Source: Gemmatimonadota bacterium (lineage in GTDB: Bacteria > Gemmatimonadota > Gemmatimonadetes > Gemmatimonadales > GWC2-71-9). Taken from it: a DNA stretch of 56,562 bases. The position numbers were made by a program, and so were the translations under genes. The notes beneath the pieces were generated by a model that ran no database searches, was not told where the DNA came from, and worked only from the letters and a program-made list of their open reading frames with translations. This document shows, piece by piece, positions 1 through 9,183 of the stretch. Each line of letters opens with the position of its first letter. The first letter of the stretch is position 1. The stretch spans positions 1 through 56,562 of the forward strand of contig JBGQHV010000003.1 of the NCBI GenBank assembly GCA_041498155.1. The letters are read 5' to 3'.

Positions 1-63
1 GATCGTCTTGCCCGGCTCGGCCCGGAATTGGTGGCCGCCGGCCACGAAAATGGCGTACGTCAT
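1..63 (-). CDS. rplU: 50S ribosomal protein L21, N-terminal part (runs off the window)
   Basis: ATG at 63 reads MTYAIFVAGGHQFRAEPGKTI, matching the L21 N-terminus (MYAIxxxGGxQxRV). Lies directly downstream of rng/rne, a common synteny. Confidence 0.9.
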   Translation of the reverse strand, partial: MTYAIFVAGGHQFRAEPGKTI

Positions 64-102
64 AGGGCGGGAACTCTAATCGCACCTTGAGGTTCGGTCA
101 AG

Positions 103-1707
103 TTAGGCCACCGCGTACAGCTCGGTCACATCCCGGCCCGCCGGCTTCGCCATCATGCGGAACTCGTCCAGTCGCATCATGGGGTCGTCGCGCACCTCCA
201 GCTCGAGCCCGGTTTGCTTCTCCAACTGCCGCAGGAAGTTAGGCTCCTGCTCGACGAGGTAGAGCGCCACCTCGGGGTGCAGGCGCACCGCCAGCTGCCG
301 TTCCTTGTGATCGGCCCCGGCTCGCTTCAACGAGCGCTCCATGCGCCGCACCACGACCTCCGGGCGGAACACCCGACCGGTCCCCGAGCAGGTCGGGCAG
401 GCGGTGGTCATCGACTGCAGCAACGATGGCCGGACCCGTTGGCGGGTCATCTCCACCAGTCCCAGCTCGCTGACCGCGAACGCCTTGGTGCGCGCCCGGT
501 CGCGGCCCAGGTGGGTGCGTAGCTCCTGCAAGACCTTATCCCGGTTGCCGCGCGTCTCCATGTCGATGAAATCCACCACGACGATCCCGCCGATGTCGCG
601 CAGGCGCAGCTGGCGCGCCACCTCGCGCGCCGCTTCCACGTTGGTGCGCAGAATGGTGCTCTCGGGGTCCTTCTTGCCGGTGTAGCGGCCCGTGTTCACA
701 TCGATCGACGTCAGGGCCTCGGTCGGTTGGACGATCAGGTAACCGCCGGTCGGCAGGTCCACGCGCTGCTGGAACAGGCCGCGGATCTCGGCTTCGATGT
801 CGTACTTGTCGAACAACGGGGTCTCGTCGCGGTACAGGCGCACGCGCTCGAGCAGCTCCGGGTCGATCTGCTTCAGGTACTGCTCGATCTCACCGTGCAG
901 CTGGCGCGAGTCGACCAGCAGCGAGTCGACCTTGTCGCTCAAGAGGTCCCGGACGATGCCGCGCGTCAGGCTCGTTTCGCGCTGCAGCAGCGCCGGGGCG
1001 CGCACCGAGGTGGACTTCCGCTTGACCTTCTTCCAGAGCGCGAGCAGGTGCTCGATCTCGCGCTTGCACTTCTCCTCGGTGAGATCGTCGGCGACGGTGC
1101 GGATGATCCAGCCGCCCTCGTCCTTCGGGACGAGCTTCGACACCAGCTCGCGCAGCCGCACGCGCTGCTCCCGGCCCTCGATCTTGCGGGAGACCCCGAC
1201 GCGCGACGCGAAGGGCATGTACACGAGGAACCGGCCGGGGAGAGAGACCTGCGCCGTAACGCGCGGGCCCTTGGTACTGATCGGCTCCTTGATGACCTGG
1301 ACGAGTTTCCCTTCGCCGCGCTTCAGCTCGTCGGCGACGTTGGGCACGCGGCGGCGCGAACGCCCCCGTCCACCACCTCCGCCGCCGCCCCCGCCCCCAC
1401 CCCCACCCCCACCCGATCCGTTGCCATCGACCTCGTCGTCGTCCTCGTCGGCGGGCTCAACCGGATCCTCCTCGTCCTCGTCTTCCACGAGGTCCGAGGC
1501 GTGCAGGAAGGCACTTTTTTCAGCCCCTATGTCGACGAAGGCGGCCTGGATTCCCGGCAGGATCGCCTCGACGCGACCCAGATAGATGTCGCCGACCGAG
1601 CGGCGAGTGTCGGGACGATCGACCAGCAATTCAACAAGGCGGTCGTCCTCCAGGATCGCCACGCGGGTCTCCCGCGGGCTTCCGCTGATCAGTATTTCGC
1701 GCTTCAA
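103..1707 (-). CDS. rng: Rne/Rng family ribonuclease (RNase G-length, no long C-terminal scaffold)
   Basis: S1 domain (GDIYLGRV..ILPGIQAAFVDIG), IDVNTG and LRLRDIGGIVVVDFIDM catalytic motifs, CPTCSGTG Zn link. TTG start at 1707 follows a GAGGG SD. Confidence 0.95.
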   Translation of the reverse strand: MKREILISGSPRETRVAILEDDRLVELLVDRPDTRRSVGDIYLGRVEAILPGIQAAFVDIGAEKSAFLHASDLVEDEDEEDPVEPADEDDDEVDGNGSGGGGGGGGGGGGGGGRGRSRRRVPNVADELKRGEGKLVQVIKEPISTKGPRVTAQVSLPGRFLVYMPFASRVGVSRKIEGREQRVRLRELVSKLVPKDEGGWIIRTVADDLTEEKCKREIEHLLALWKKVKRKSTSVRAPALLQRETSLTRGIVRDLLSDKVDSLLVDSRQLHGEIEQYLKQIDPELLERVRLYRDETPLFDKYDIEAEIRGLFQQRVDLPTGGYLIVQPTEALTSIDVNTGRYTGKKDPESTILRTNVEAAREVARQLRLRDIGGIVVVDFIDMETRGNRDKVLQELRTHLGRDRARTKAFAVSELGLVEMTRQRVRPSLLQSMTTACPTCSGTGRVFRPEVVVRRMERSLKRAGADHKERQLAVRLHPEVALYLVEQEPNFLRQLEKQTGLELEVRDDPMMRLDEFRMMAKPAGRDVTELYAVA

Positions 1708-1885
1708 AGCATGCACCCTCGATCCCGCGGGGCCAGCAGCCGCGCGGGATTCTCATGATGTTCCAACAATCGCTTGGGCCAAGGAGCATCGTCGTTCGAC
1801 GGGCCGGCGGACCGGATTCCTGACGCGGAGCGCGCGAGGGCGTGCTCAGCCAGGAGAGAGGGTCTCGCATCCGGTACATGCGGTA

Positions 1886-1914
1886 AATGTAAGTCGGCTT
1901 GTAACTTAGGTCAA
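1886..1914 (-). promoter_or_regulatory. Putative sigma70 promoter of rng-rplU
   Basis: TTGACC (1914-1909), 17 nt spacer, TACATT (1891-1886) in an AT-rich intergenic patch. Confidence 0.7.
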
Positions 1915-1985
1915 TGCGTTCTAACTTGGTGTGCCCCGGCCAACATTGGCCCGTCCGGCTACCTCACACTCCGACCCGATCCGGC

Positions 1986-4127
1986 ATGTCGCACGTCCCA
2001 GTAACCGTCCCGGGGCCACTCGCCACCACCGCAGCCGCGCCCCCACTGCGTTATCCGGACACGAAGCGCGGGGATCAGGTCGACGACTACCACGGCACCC
2101 GGGTGTCGGATCCGTACCGCTGGCTCGAGGACGTGGATGCGCCCGATACCCGCGCATGGATCGACGCGCAGAACGCGGTCACGTTCGACTTCCTGGCCCG
2201 CGTCCCCGAGCGCGCGGCGATCCAGCGCCGCCTTACCGCGCTGTGGGACTACCCGCGCTACGGGACCCCATTCAAGAAGTCCGGGCAGTACTTCTTCTTC
2301 AAGAACGACGGACTGCAGAACCAGGCGGTGTTGTACCGGCAACCGTCCCTCAGCGCCGAGCCTGCCGTATTGCTCGACCCGAATACGTTGTCCGCCGACG
2401 GGACGGTCGCCCTCTCGACCCTCGGCCTGTCGGAGGACGCTCGCTACCTGGCCTACGCCACCGCCGCGAGCGGGTCGGACTGGAACGACATTCACATCCG
2501 GGATGTGTGGAACGGGGAGGATCTCCCCGACCTGCTGCGATGGGTGAAGTTTTCGGGAATCGCCTGGACCCACGATCACGCCGGGTTCTTCTACAGCCGC
2601 TACCCCGCCCCCGCTCCCACCGAGGACAACCCGCTCCTGGCGGTGAACCGATTTCACCGGCTCTACTACCACCGCCTGGGCACGTCACAGGACGCCGATC
2701 AACTGGTGTACGAGCGGCCGGACCAACCCGACTGGGGTGTCACGGCGCGCGTCACCGAGGACGGCCGTTACCTCGTTCTCTCATTGTGGCTCGGCACCGA
2801 CCGGCGCAACCGCGTTTACTACATGGATCTCCACGATCCCGCGCACCCCGAGATCGGGGCGGTGCCGGTGCAGCTGCTGGACGACTTCGACGCGAGCTAC
2901 GGCTTCGTGGCAAACCACGAGACGGCATTCCATTTCCGCACCGACCTCGACGCCCCGCGCGGGCGGCTGGTGACGATCGACCTGCGGTATCCAGAGCGCG
3001 CCCGCTGGCGGGAAGTCATTCCCCAGGCGCCCGACGTCCTGGAGAGCGTCACGCTGGTGCACGACTGTTTCGTCACGCTGTACCTCGAGGACGCCCACTC
3101 GCGGCTGCGGCTGTTCACGCGGGAGGGATCGTTCACCGAAGACATCCCCCTTCCCGACCTGGGCACGGCGGGCGAGCTCTCGGTCGAATCAGCGCAGGAT
3201 ACGGAGCTGTTCTTCGCGTTCACCACATATCTCGATCCGACCACGATCTACCGCCACGACTTCCTCACCGGCCGGACCGGAGTCTTCAAGGCGCCGCAGC
3301 TGGCCTTCGACGCCAGCCGGTTTGTCACCGAGCAGGTGTTCTACGCGGGCAAAGACGGCACCCGGATCCCGATGTACCTCACGCATCGCCGGGACCTCGT
3401 CCGCGACGGCACCAATCCCACGTACTTGTACGGCTATGGCGGCTTCGACATCACCCTCACACCGGCCTTTTCGCCCAGCGTGCTGGTGTGGCTCGAGATG
3501 GGCGGCATCTTCGCCGTCGCCAACCTGCGGGGTGGCGGGGAGTACGGGGAAGCCTGGCACGAAGCCGGCATGCACGAGAAGAAACAGACCGTGTTCGACG
3601 ATTTCCTGGCGGCGGCCGAGTGGCTCGTCGCCGAGCGCTATACCGCGCCGCCCCGGCTGGCGATTGGTGGCGGCTCGAATGGCGGCCTCCTGGTCGGGGC
3701 CGCCCTGACGCAGCGTCCCGATCTGTTCGGCGCCGCCGCGCCAGCGGTCGGCGTCTTCGACATGCTGCGATTTCACCGCTTCACGATCGGGTGGGCGTGG
3801 GTCGCCGAATACGGCTCCGCCGACAACGCCGAGCAATTCCCCTATCTGTATGCCTATTCGCCCCTGCATCGCGTGCGGCCCGGCACGGCGTATCCGGCGA
3901 CGTTCGTCACCACGGCCGATCACGACGACCGTGTGGTCCCGGGTCACTCGTTCAAGTTCACGGCCGCGCTGCAGGCCGCGCAGGACGGCTCGCAGCCGGT
4001 GCTGATCCGCATCGAGACGAAAGCCGGTCACGGCGCCGGCAAACCGACCACCAAGCTGATCGACGAAGCGACGGACCGCTGGGCATTTCTCGTCCGCGTG
4101 CTCGACCTGCATCCCGTGCTCCCCTAA
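1986..4127 (+). CDS. Prolyl oligopeptidase (S9A)
   Basis: DPYRWLED N-terminus, NLRGGGEYG, GGSNGG nucleophile motif, DHDDRV, KAGHGAG. ATG at 1986 preferred over 1914. Confidence 0.95.
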   Translation: MSHVPVTVPGPLATTAAAPPLRYPDTKRGDQVDDYHGTRVSDPYRWLEDVDAPDTRAWIDAQNAVTFDFLARVPERAAIQRRLTALWDYPRYGTPFKKSGQYFFFKNDGLQNQAVLYRQPSLSAEPAVLLDPNTLSADGTVALSTLGLSEDARYLAYATAASGSDWNDIHIRDVWNGEDLPDLLRWVKFSGIAWTHDHAGFFYSRYPAPAPTEDNPLLAVNRFHRLYYHRLGTSQDADQLVYERPDQPDWGVTARVTEDGRYLVLSLWLGTDRRNRVYYMDLHDPAHPEIGAVPVQLLDDFDASYGFVANHETAFHFRTDLDAPRGRLVTIDLRYPERARWREVIPQAPDVLESVTLVHDCFVTLYLEDAHSRLRLFTREGSFTEDIPLPDLGTAGELSVESAQDTELFFAFTTYLDPTTIYRHDFLTGRTGVFKAPQLAFDASRFVTEQVFYAGKDGTRIPMYLTHRRDLVRDGTNPTYLYGYGGFDITLTPAFSPSVLVWLEMGGIFAVANLRGGGEYGEAWHEAGMHEKKQTVFDDFLAAAEWLVAERYTAPPRLAIGGGSNGGLLVGAALTQRPDLFGAAAPAVGVFDMLRFHRFTIGWAWVAEYGSADNAEQFPYLYAYSPLHRVRPGTAYPATFVTTADHDDRVVPGHSFKFTAALQAAQDGSQPVLIRIETKAGHGAGKPTTKLIDEATDRWAFLVRVLDLHPVLP

Positions 4128-4146
4128 GCCACCCGCCGGAGACGCC

Positions 4147-4890
4147 ATGCCCAAAGTGCTCTGCTCGCTGTGCCAGCAGCCGGTTGAAGCGCGCACGCTC
4201 TTTTCCGCCCAGAAGCTCGAGCTGCCGCTGTTCGACCTGATCAAGCGCGACCGGCCCGAATGGCCCGGCAACCGCGGGATCTGTACGTCCTGTCACGATC
4301 AGTATCGTGCCAAGAAACTGTTGTCCTACCTGGAAGCGGAATACGACAAGATTTCGGAGATGGAGAAGGCCGTCGTGACGAAGATCGCCCGCCGGGGCCG
4401 TGTGACGCGCCTGGTCGACAAGGAATACGAAGCGAACATGACCCTGGGCGATCGGGTGGCGGACCACGTCGCCCACTTCGGCGGCAGCTGGACGTTCATC
4501 AGCATCTTCGGCGGCGTGCTGTTCGTGTGGATGGGGATCAACAGCTGGCTGCTGGTGCGTCATCCATTCGACCCCTACCCATTCATTCTACTGAACCTCG
4601 TGCTGTCCACCATCGCCGCCCTCCAGGCGCCGGTGATCATGATGAGCCAGAACCGGCAGGCGGAGAAGGACCGCATGCAGGCGAACCAGGACTACCAGAT
4701 CAACCTGATGGCGGAGATGGAAATCCGGGATCTGCACGACAAGCTCGATGGCCTGCGCAACCGCCAATGGCACGAGCTGTGGCATCTGCAGCAGCGACAG
4801 CTGCAGCTGCTCGAGCACCTGCACAAGGAGATCTCACACCCCGAGGATGCCACGACGGAGCCGGGGCCGTACATGCCCCCGGAGGTGTGA
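4147..4890 (+). CDS. DUF1003 family membrane protein with N-terminal CxxC..CxxC
   Basis: GDRVADHVAHFGGSW, FDPYPFILLNLVLS and QAPVIMMSQNRQ are DUF1003 signatures. GGAG SD. Confidence 0.9.
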   Translation: MPKVLCSLCQQPVEARTLFSAQKLELPLFDLIKRDRPEWPGNRGICTSCHDQYRAKKLLSYLEAEYDKISEMEKAVVTKIARRGRVTRLVDKEYEANMTLGDRVADHVAHFGGSWTFISIFGGVLFVWMGINSWLLVRHPFDPYPFILLNLVLSTIAALQAPVIMMSQNRQAEKDRMQANQDYQINLMAEMEIRDLHDKLDGLRNRQWHELWHLQQRQLQLLEHLHKEISHPEDATTEPGPYMPPEV

Positions 4891-4896
4891 CGGGAA

Positions 4897-6117
4897 TCAG
4901 TCGATCAGATTCCCGAGCAGCTGGCGCGCGATCACGATGCGTTGGATCTCGCTCGTGCCTTCGCCGATCTCGCAGATCTTCGCGTCGCGCATCATGCGCT
5001 CTACCGGGTAGTCGGTGGTATAGCCGTAGCCCCCATGCAGCTGAACCGCTTTCGTGGTCACGCGCATCGCGAGCTCGGAGGCGTACAGTTTGGCCATGGC
5101 CGCCGCCTGCTTGTAGGGGTGGCCCTGCTGCTTCAACCAGGCCGCGTGGAAGACGAGGTGCTTGGCCGCCTCGACCTCGGTCGCCATGTCGGCCAGGGCG
5201 AAATGCACCCCCTGGAACGCGGCGATCGGGCGGCCGAACTGACGGCGCTCACTCGTATAGGCGAGGCACTCCTCGAGTGCTCCCTCCGCGATCCCCAGCG
5301 CCAAGGCGCCGATCCCGATGCGGCCGCCATCCAGCGTGTGCAGCATCTGCCGGAAGCCGTTGCCCCGCGGGCCCAGCATGTTCTCCTTCGGCACCACGGC
5401 GTCCACGAACACGAGCTCGCGCGTGTCCGAGGCGCGCCAGCCGAGTTTGTCCTCCTTCTTCGCCGCGCGCACGCCCGGCGTCTTGGGCAAGTCCGCCGCG
5501 TGCCCGACCCCCACGCGAGCGGCCTCGTCCAGGTCGGTCGTGTCTTTGGTGACGATGAACGAGGTGATCCCGTGGGTCTTCTTGGCGTCGGCCTCGGTGC
5601 GGGCCGTGACCACGAAGATCTCGCCGACGCCGGCGTGCGTGATGAAGATCTTGGAGCCGTTCAAGACGAAGTGGTCGCCCCGGTCGATGGCCACCGATTT
5701 GGTGCCACCCGCATCCGAGCCTGCCCCGGGCTCGGTGAGGCCGAACCCGCCCAGGACCTTCCCCTGCGCCAGGAGCGGCACGAAGCGCCGCTTCTGCTGA
5801 TCGGTGCCGAAGTCCATGATCGGGGACGTCCCGAGCGTCGTATGGGCGCTGACGGTGATCGCGTGGCTCGCGTCCACCTTGGCGAGCTCGTGGATCACGA
5901 TCATGTAGGACAAATAGTCCATCCCGGCGCCGCCCAGCTCCTCCGGCCAGGGGATGCCGAATAGCCCAAGCTCCGCCATCTGCCGCACATTGTCCCAGGG
6001 AAACGTCGATTCCAAGTCGTAGCCTCGTGCGGAGGGCTTCACGACGTTGCGGGCGAAATCGCGCACCAGGTCGCGGACTTGGAAGTGGTGGTCCGAGAAG
6101 TAAAGGGAATCGTGCAT
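4897..6117 (-). CDS. Acyl-CoA dehydrogenase (short/branched-chain type)
   Basis: [47 protein letters not shown] at 6117 lies just below a TATATT -10-like hexamer. Confidence 0.95.
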   Translation of the reverse strand: MHDSLYFSDHHFQVRDLVRDFARNVVKPSARGYDLESTFPWDNVRQMAELGLFGIPWPEELGGAGMDYLSYMIVIHELAKVDASHAITVSAHTTLGTSPIMDFGTDQQKRRFVPLLAQGKVLGGFGLTEPGAGSDAGGTKSVAIDRGDHFVLNGSKIFITHAGVGEIFVVTARTEADAKKTHGITSFIVTKDTTDLDEAARVGVGHAADLPKTPGVRAAKKEDKLGWRASDTRELVFVDAVVPKENMLGPRGNGFRQMLHTLDGGRIGIGALALGIAEGALEECLAYTSERRQFGRPIAAFQGVHFALADMATEVEAAKHLVFHAAWLKQQGHPYKQAAAMAKLYASELAMRVTTKAVQLHGGYGYTTDYPVERMMRDAKICEIGEGTSEIQRIVIARQLLGNLID

Positions 6118-6167
6118 AGATAGCGACAATATAAACGGATCGACGTGCGACACGGCCGGCCCCCACA

Positions 6168-7331
6168 CTATCCACACACGTCGCACCCCCCGCAGCTGCC
6201 TACCCGCTCGCCGAAATGCTCCAGCAGCATCCGCCGCCGGCAGCGGCGGCGCTCGACGTAGGTGCGCATGTCGGGTGTGATCTCGCCGTATCGAAAATCA
6301 TCCGGCCGCCAGAGGACGCGGCAGCACGACGCGCGGCCGTCGCGGCCTGCCCGACCGGCTTCCTGATAGTAGGCCTCCAGGGTGCGCGGCGGCCCCCAGT
6401 GCAGCACGAGGCGCACGTCGGGCTTGTCGATCCCCATGCCGAAGGCGCTGGTGGCCACGATCACCGGAGCCCGGTCGTGCAGAAAGGCGCCGAGCACCGG
6501 CTTGCGGATGTCGGCATCCAGCCCGGCATGATAGGGAGCGGCCTTGAGTCCCCGAAACCGCAGGGCGCGCGTGATGAGCTCGGTGAGCCGCCGCGTGGGA
6601 GCATAGACGATCACCTGTCCGGCCGCCTGGCCGACCATGGCGACGATGCGCGCGAACCGGTCCCGGTCGTCCTTCACCCGGCACACCTCGAAGCGGAGAT
6701 TGGGCCGGTCGAACGAGGTCGTCACGACCTCCGCCTTGGGGATGCGGAGCACCTCGAGGATCTCCCGCCGGGCGGCCGGCGTGGCGCTGCCGGTGAGCGC
6801 CAGGGTTTGCGGCTCGCGCAGGTGGTAGCGCAGCTCGCCCAGCTGCTGGTAGACCGGGCGAAAACTGTTGCCCCACTCGACGATACAATGGGCTTCATCG
6901 ACGGCGAGCAGCGGCACCCGCGTGCCGGCGTCGCGGACGAGTCGGGCGAGCGACGCCAGGCGCTCCGGGGCGCAGTAGAGGAGACGCGCCCGGCCGCCCA
7001 GCGCGAGATCGAGAATGGTGCGCTGGTCCTGGGCGGAGAGGGTGCTGTTCAGGAACGCGGCGGGAATGCCGCGCCGCCGCAGCGCGGCCACCTGATCCTG
7101 CATCAACGAGATGAGCGGCGAGACGACGATCGTCAGCCCATTCGCGAGCAACGCCGGCACCTGATAGCAGAGCGACTTCCCCGCTCCAGTCGGCAAGACC
7201 GCGAGCACGTGTCGTCCCGCCAGCAACGGCGCCAGCACGCGCAGCTGCCCGCCGCGAAACGCCGGATAGCCGAAGCGCTCGGTGAGCACCGTCCTGGCCT
7301 GGAACAGATCGTGGGAGAGCCGGCTCGCCAT
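6168..7331 (-). CDS. recQ: RecQ family ATP-dependent DNA helicase, minimal form
   Basis: [35 protein letters not shown], and a C-terminal Zn motif CRR..CGGCDVC. Confidence 0.9.
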   Translation of the reverse strand: MASRLSHDLFQARTVLTERFGYPAFRGGQLRVLAPLLAGRHVLAVLPTGAGKSLCYQVPALLANGLTIVVSPLISLMQDQVAALRRRGIPAAFLNSTLSAQDQRTILDLALGGRARLLYCAPERLASLARLVRDAGTRVPLLAVDEAHCIVEWGNSFRPVYQQLGELRYHLREPQTLALTGSATPAARREILEVLRIPKAEVVTTSFDRPNLRFEVCRVKDDRDRFARIVAMVGQAAGQVIVYAPTRRLTELITRALRFRGLKAAPYHAGLDADIRKPVLGAFLHDRAPVIVATSAFGMGIDKPDVRLVLHWGPPRTLEAYYQEAGRAGRDGRASCCRVLWRPDDFRYGEITPDMRTYVERRRCRRRMLLEHFGERVGSCGGCDVCG

Positions 7332-7337
7332 CCCCGC

Positions 7338-7376
7338 AAAGAAAACGACCCCGACCGGGAAGGCGGGGTCCTTTTC
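7338..7376 (-). terminator. Intrinsic terminator after the groES-like gene (possibly bidirectional)
   Basis: GACCCCG/CGGGGTC stem followed by TTTTCTTT on the minus strand. The plus strand also has a TTTT tail. Confidence 0.65.
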
Positions 7377-7393
7377 ACGCGGGCGGGTGCGAA

Positions 7394-7798
7394 TTATTCC
7401 GGCTCGACGAACTCCCGCCGGACGAGCACCAGAATTGCGGCCTGTGGCACGACGAGGTAACTCTTCCCTTCGAAGGTGATTTCGACCGCTGCCTTTCGGA
7501 AGAAGAGCGCGTAATCACCCATTTCGGCCTGCATCGGGACGTACTTCACGTCGGGGCCGCGGATCTTCCATGGCTCATCGTCCATGCTGGTGGGCTCGGT
7601 CATCGGCGTGCCCGGCCCGGTGGCGACGATCCGGCCGCCCTGCACCTGTCGCGAATCGAGCGCGGTCTGCGGCAGATACAGGCCGACGTTGGTCCGCTCT
7701 TCCCCCTCCTCGGGGGTGATCAGCACGCGATCGCCGACGACGATGAGCCGCTTCGGCTTGTCCTCCGGCTTCAGGGGCTCCTCAGCAGAATCGGTCAA
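7394..7798 (-). CDS. GroES/Cpn10-like protein with an insertion
   Basis: VGDRVLI..EERTNVGLYLP, GRIVATGPG, ITFEGKSYLVV..AIL. TTG start overlaps the end of the brx gene. Confidence 0.8.
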   Translation of the reverse strand: MTDSAEEPLKPEDKPKRLIVVGDRVLITPEEGEERTNVGLYLPQTALDSRQVQGGRIVATGPGTPMTEPTSMDDEPWKIRGPDVKYVPMQAEMGDYALFFRKAAVEITFEGKSYLVVPQAAILVLVRREFVEPE

Positions 7799-8216
7799 AG
7801 GCCGCCACCAGGTCGGCCGCGATGTCGGCTGCGGCCCGCCCCTCGATGCTCCGCCGCTCCAACATGAACACCAGTTTTCCGTCCTTCAGAAGACCCATCT
7901 GCGGCGAGGAGGGAGCGACACCGGTGAAGTAGCTGCGCGCCCGCGCCGTCGCGTCGGCGTCCTGTCCGGCGAAGACGGTCAGGAGGCGGGTGGGGCGCTT
8001 CGCGTGCTGCAGCGCGAGCGCCGCCGCCGGACGGGCGTTGCGGGCCGCGCAGCCGCACACCGAATTGACGACCACCAGCGTGGGCGCCTTCTCGGTCGAG
8101 AGCGCGCCGTCCACCTCCTCCGACGTGCGCAGCTCCTGGAAGCCGATGCGCGTCAATTCCTCCCGCATCGGCTGCACCATGCGTGGGTCGTACATGAACG
8201 TGTTCAGGCCGGCCAT
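7782..8216 (-). CDS. BrxA/BrxB family bacilliredoxin
   Basis: PMREELT..GF.EL, VVNSVCGCAA (CGC motif), TVFAGQD, PSSP. ATG at 8216 with a GAGGA SD. Confidence 0.9.
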   Translation of the reverse strand: MAGLNTFMYDPRMVQPMREELTRIGFQELRTSEEVDGALSTEKAPTLVVVNSVCGCAARNARPAAALALQHAKRPTRLLTVFAGQDADATARARSYFTGVAPSSPQMGLLKDGKLVFMLERRSIEGRAAADIAADLVAAFDRFC

Positions 8217-8275
8217 GCGGATCCTCGGTTCGAGCCACCGAACAATAACCAAATGCGCGGGGCGGGAGGGTGCGT

Positions 8276-8428
8276 CTAGGCGGCGTCCGACCCCCGGCCG
8301 GCGAAGCGCAGCAGAAAGGCGACGACCAGGAGCCCCACCCCGGCCAGGACCAGCCAGCGCCGCTCGAACGCCATGCCAGCCAATCCGGCGAGGAACCCGA
8401 CCCCTGCCGTCCACATTTTGAGCGTCAT
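8276..8428 (-). CDS. Small (50 aa) two-helix membrane protein, not in the ORF track
   Basis: MTLKMWTAGVGFLAGLAGMAFERRWLVLAGVGLLVVAFLLRFAGRGSDAA*. Its ATG overlaps the hydratase TGA (ATGA) and it fills the intergenic gap. Confidence 0.65.
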   Translation of the reverse strand: MTLKMWTAGVGFLAGLAGMAFERRWLVLAGVGLLVVAFLLRFAGRGSDAA

Positions 8429-9183
8429 TTCTTGAGAAAAGCGGCGATCGCCGTCCGGAAATCGGGAGTCGTGCGGCTGACGGCGTTTACATCCGCGGAC
8501 AACCGCACGCCCTCTTCGAACCCGACCCCGTCGAGCCGGTAGAATTGTTGTTTCGTGAGCGCCAGCGCACTCGCGCTGAAGCCCGCCAGGCTGCGCAACA
8601 GCTGCCCGGCCTGCTCCTCGAAGCTCGTATCCGACCAGACGCGCGACACCAGGCCCACCCGCTCGGCCTCGCGCGCACCGAGCACGCGACCCGTCGCCGC
8701 GAGATCGAACGCGATCTTCTCGCCCACCGTGCGGCGCAGCAGGTTCATGACGAGCGCGGGCACGAACCCGCGCTGCACTTCCGGGTAGCCGAACTGCGCC
8801 GATTCCGCGGCGACGACCAGATCGCAGGCGGTGGCCAATCCGCAGCCACCCGCCAGCGCGCGTCCGTTGACCACGGCGACGACCGGCTTGGGGAGCGCGC
8901 GCATGCGCACGAACAGACCCCCGAACCGCAGGGCAGCGGCGCGATTCTCCTCCACCGAATGGTCGGCTGAGTCCAGCAGCTCCTGGAGATCCATCCCGGC
9001 GCAGAAGTCCTTCCCCGCCCCGCGCAGCGCGACAACCCGGACGGCCGCGTCCAGATCGGCTCTTTCGAACAACGCATACAGGCCGTCGATCATCGACGCG
9101 TCGATGGCGTTCTTCTTCTCGGGACGGTTGAGGGTCCCCGTGAGCATACCGCCCTCGAGCGCGACGAGCACGCGATCGCTCAT
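8425..9183 (-). CDS. Enoyl-CoA hydratase/isomerase (methylglutaconyl-CoA hydratase-like)
   Basis: LNRPEKKNA, FCAGMDL, KPVVAVVNGRALAGGCGL, FGYPEV crotonase motifs. Confidence 0.9.
   Translation of the reverse strand: MSDRVLVALEGGMLTGTLNRPEKKNAIDASMIDGLYALFERADLDAAVRVVALRGAGKDFCAGMDLQELLDSADHSVEENRAAALRFGGLFVRMRALPKPVVAVVNGRALAGGCGLATACDLVVAAESAQFGYPEVQRGFVPALVMNLLRRTVGEKIAFDLAATGRVLGAREAERVGLVSRVWSDTSFEEQAGQLLRSLAGFSASALALTKQQFYRLDGVGFEEGVRLSADVNAVSRTTPDFRTAIAAFLKK

Noticed and set aside
1931-4240. Long alternative-frame and antisense ORFs (e.g. 1931-4240, 11662-13707, 33785-36202, 36704-38995, 55019-56491)
   Set aside because: They are R/P/G/A-rich or mirror-frame translations over well-identified genes. 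This is expected from high GC3 and stop-codon scarcity, and they carry no motifs.
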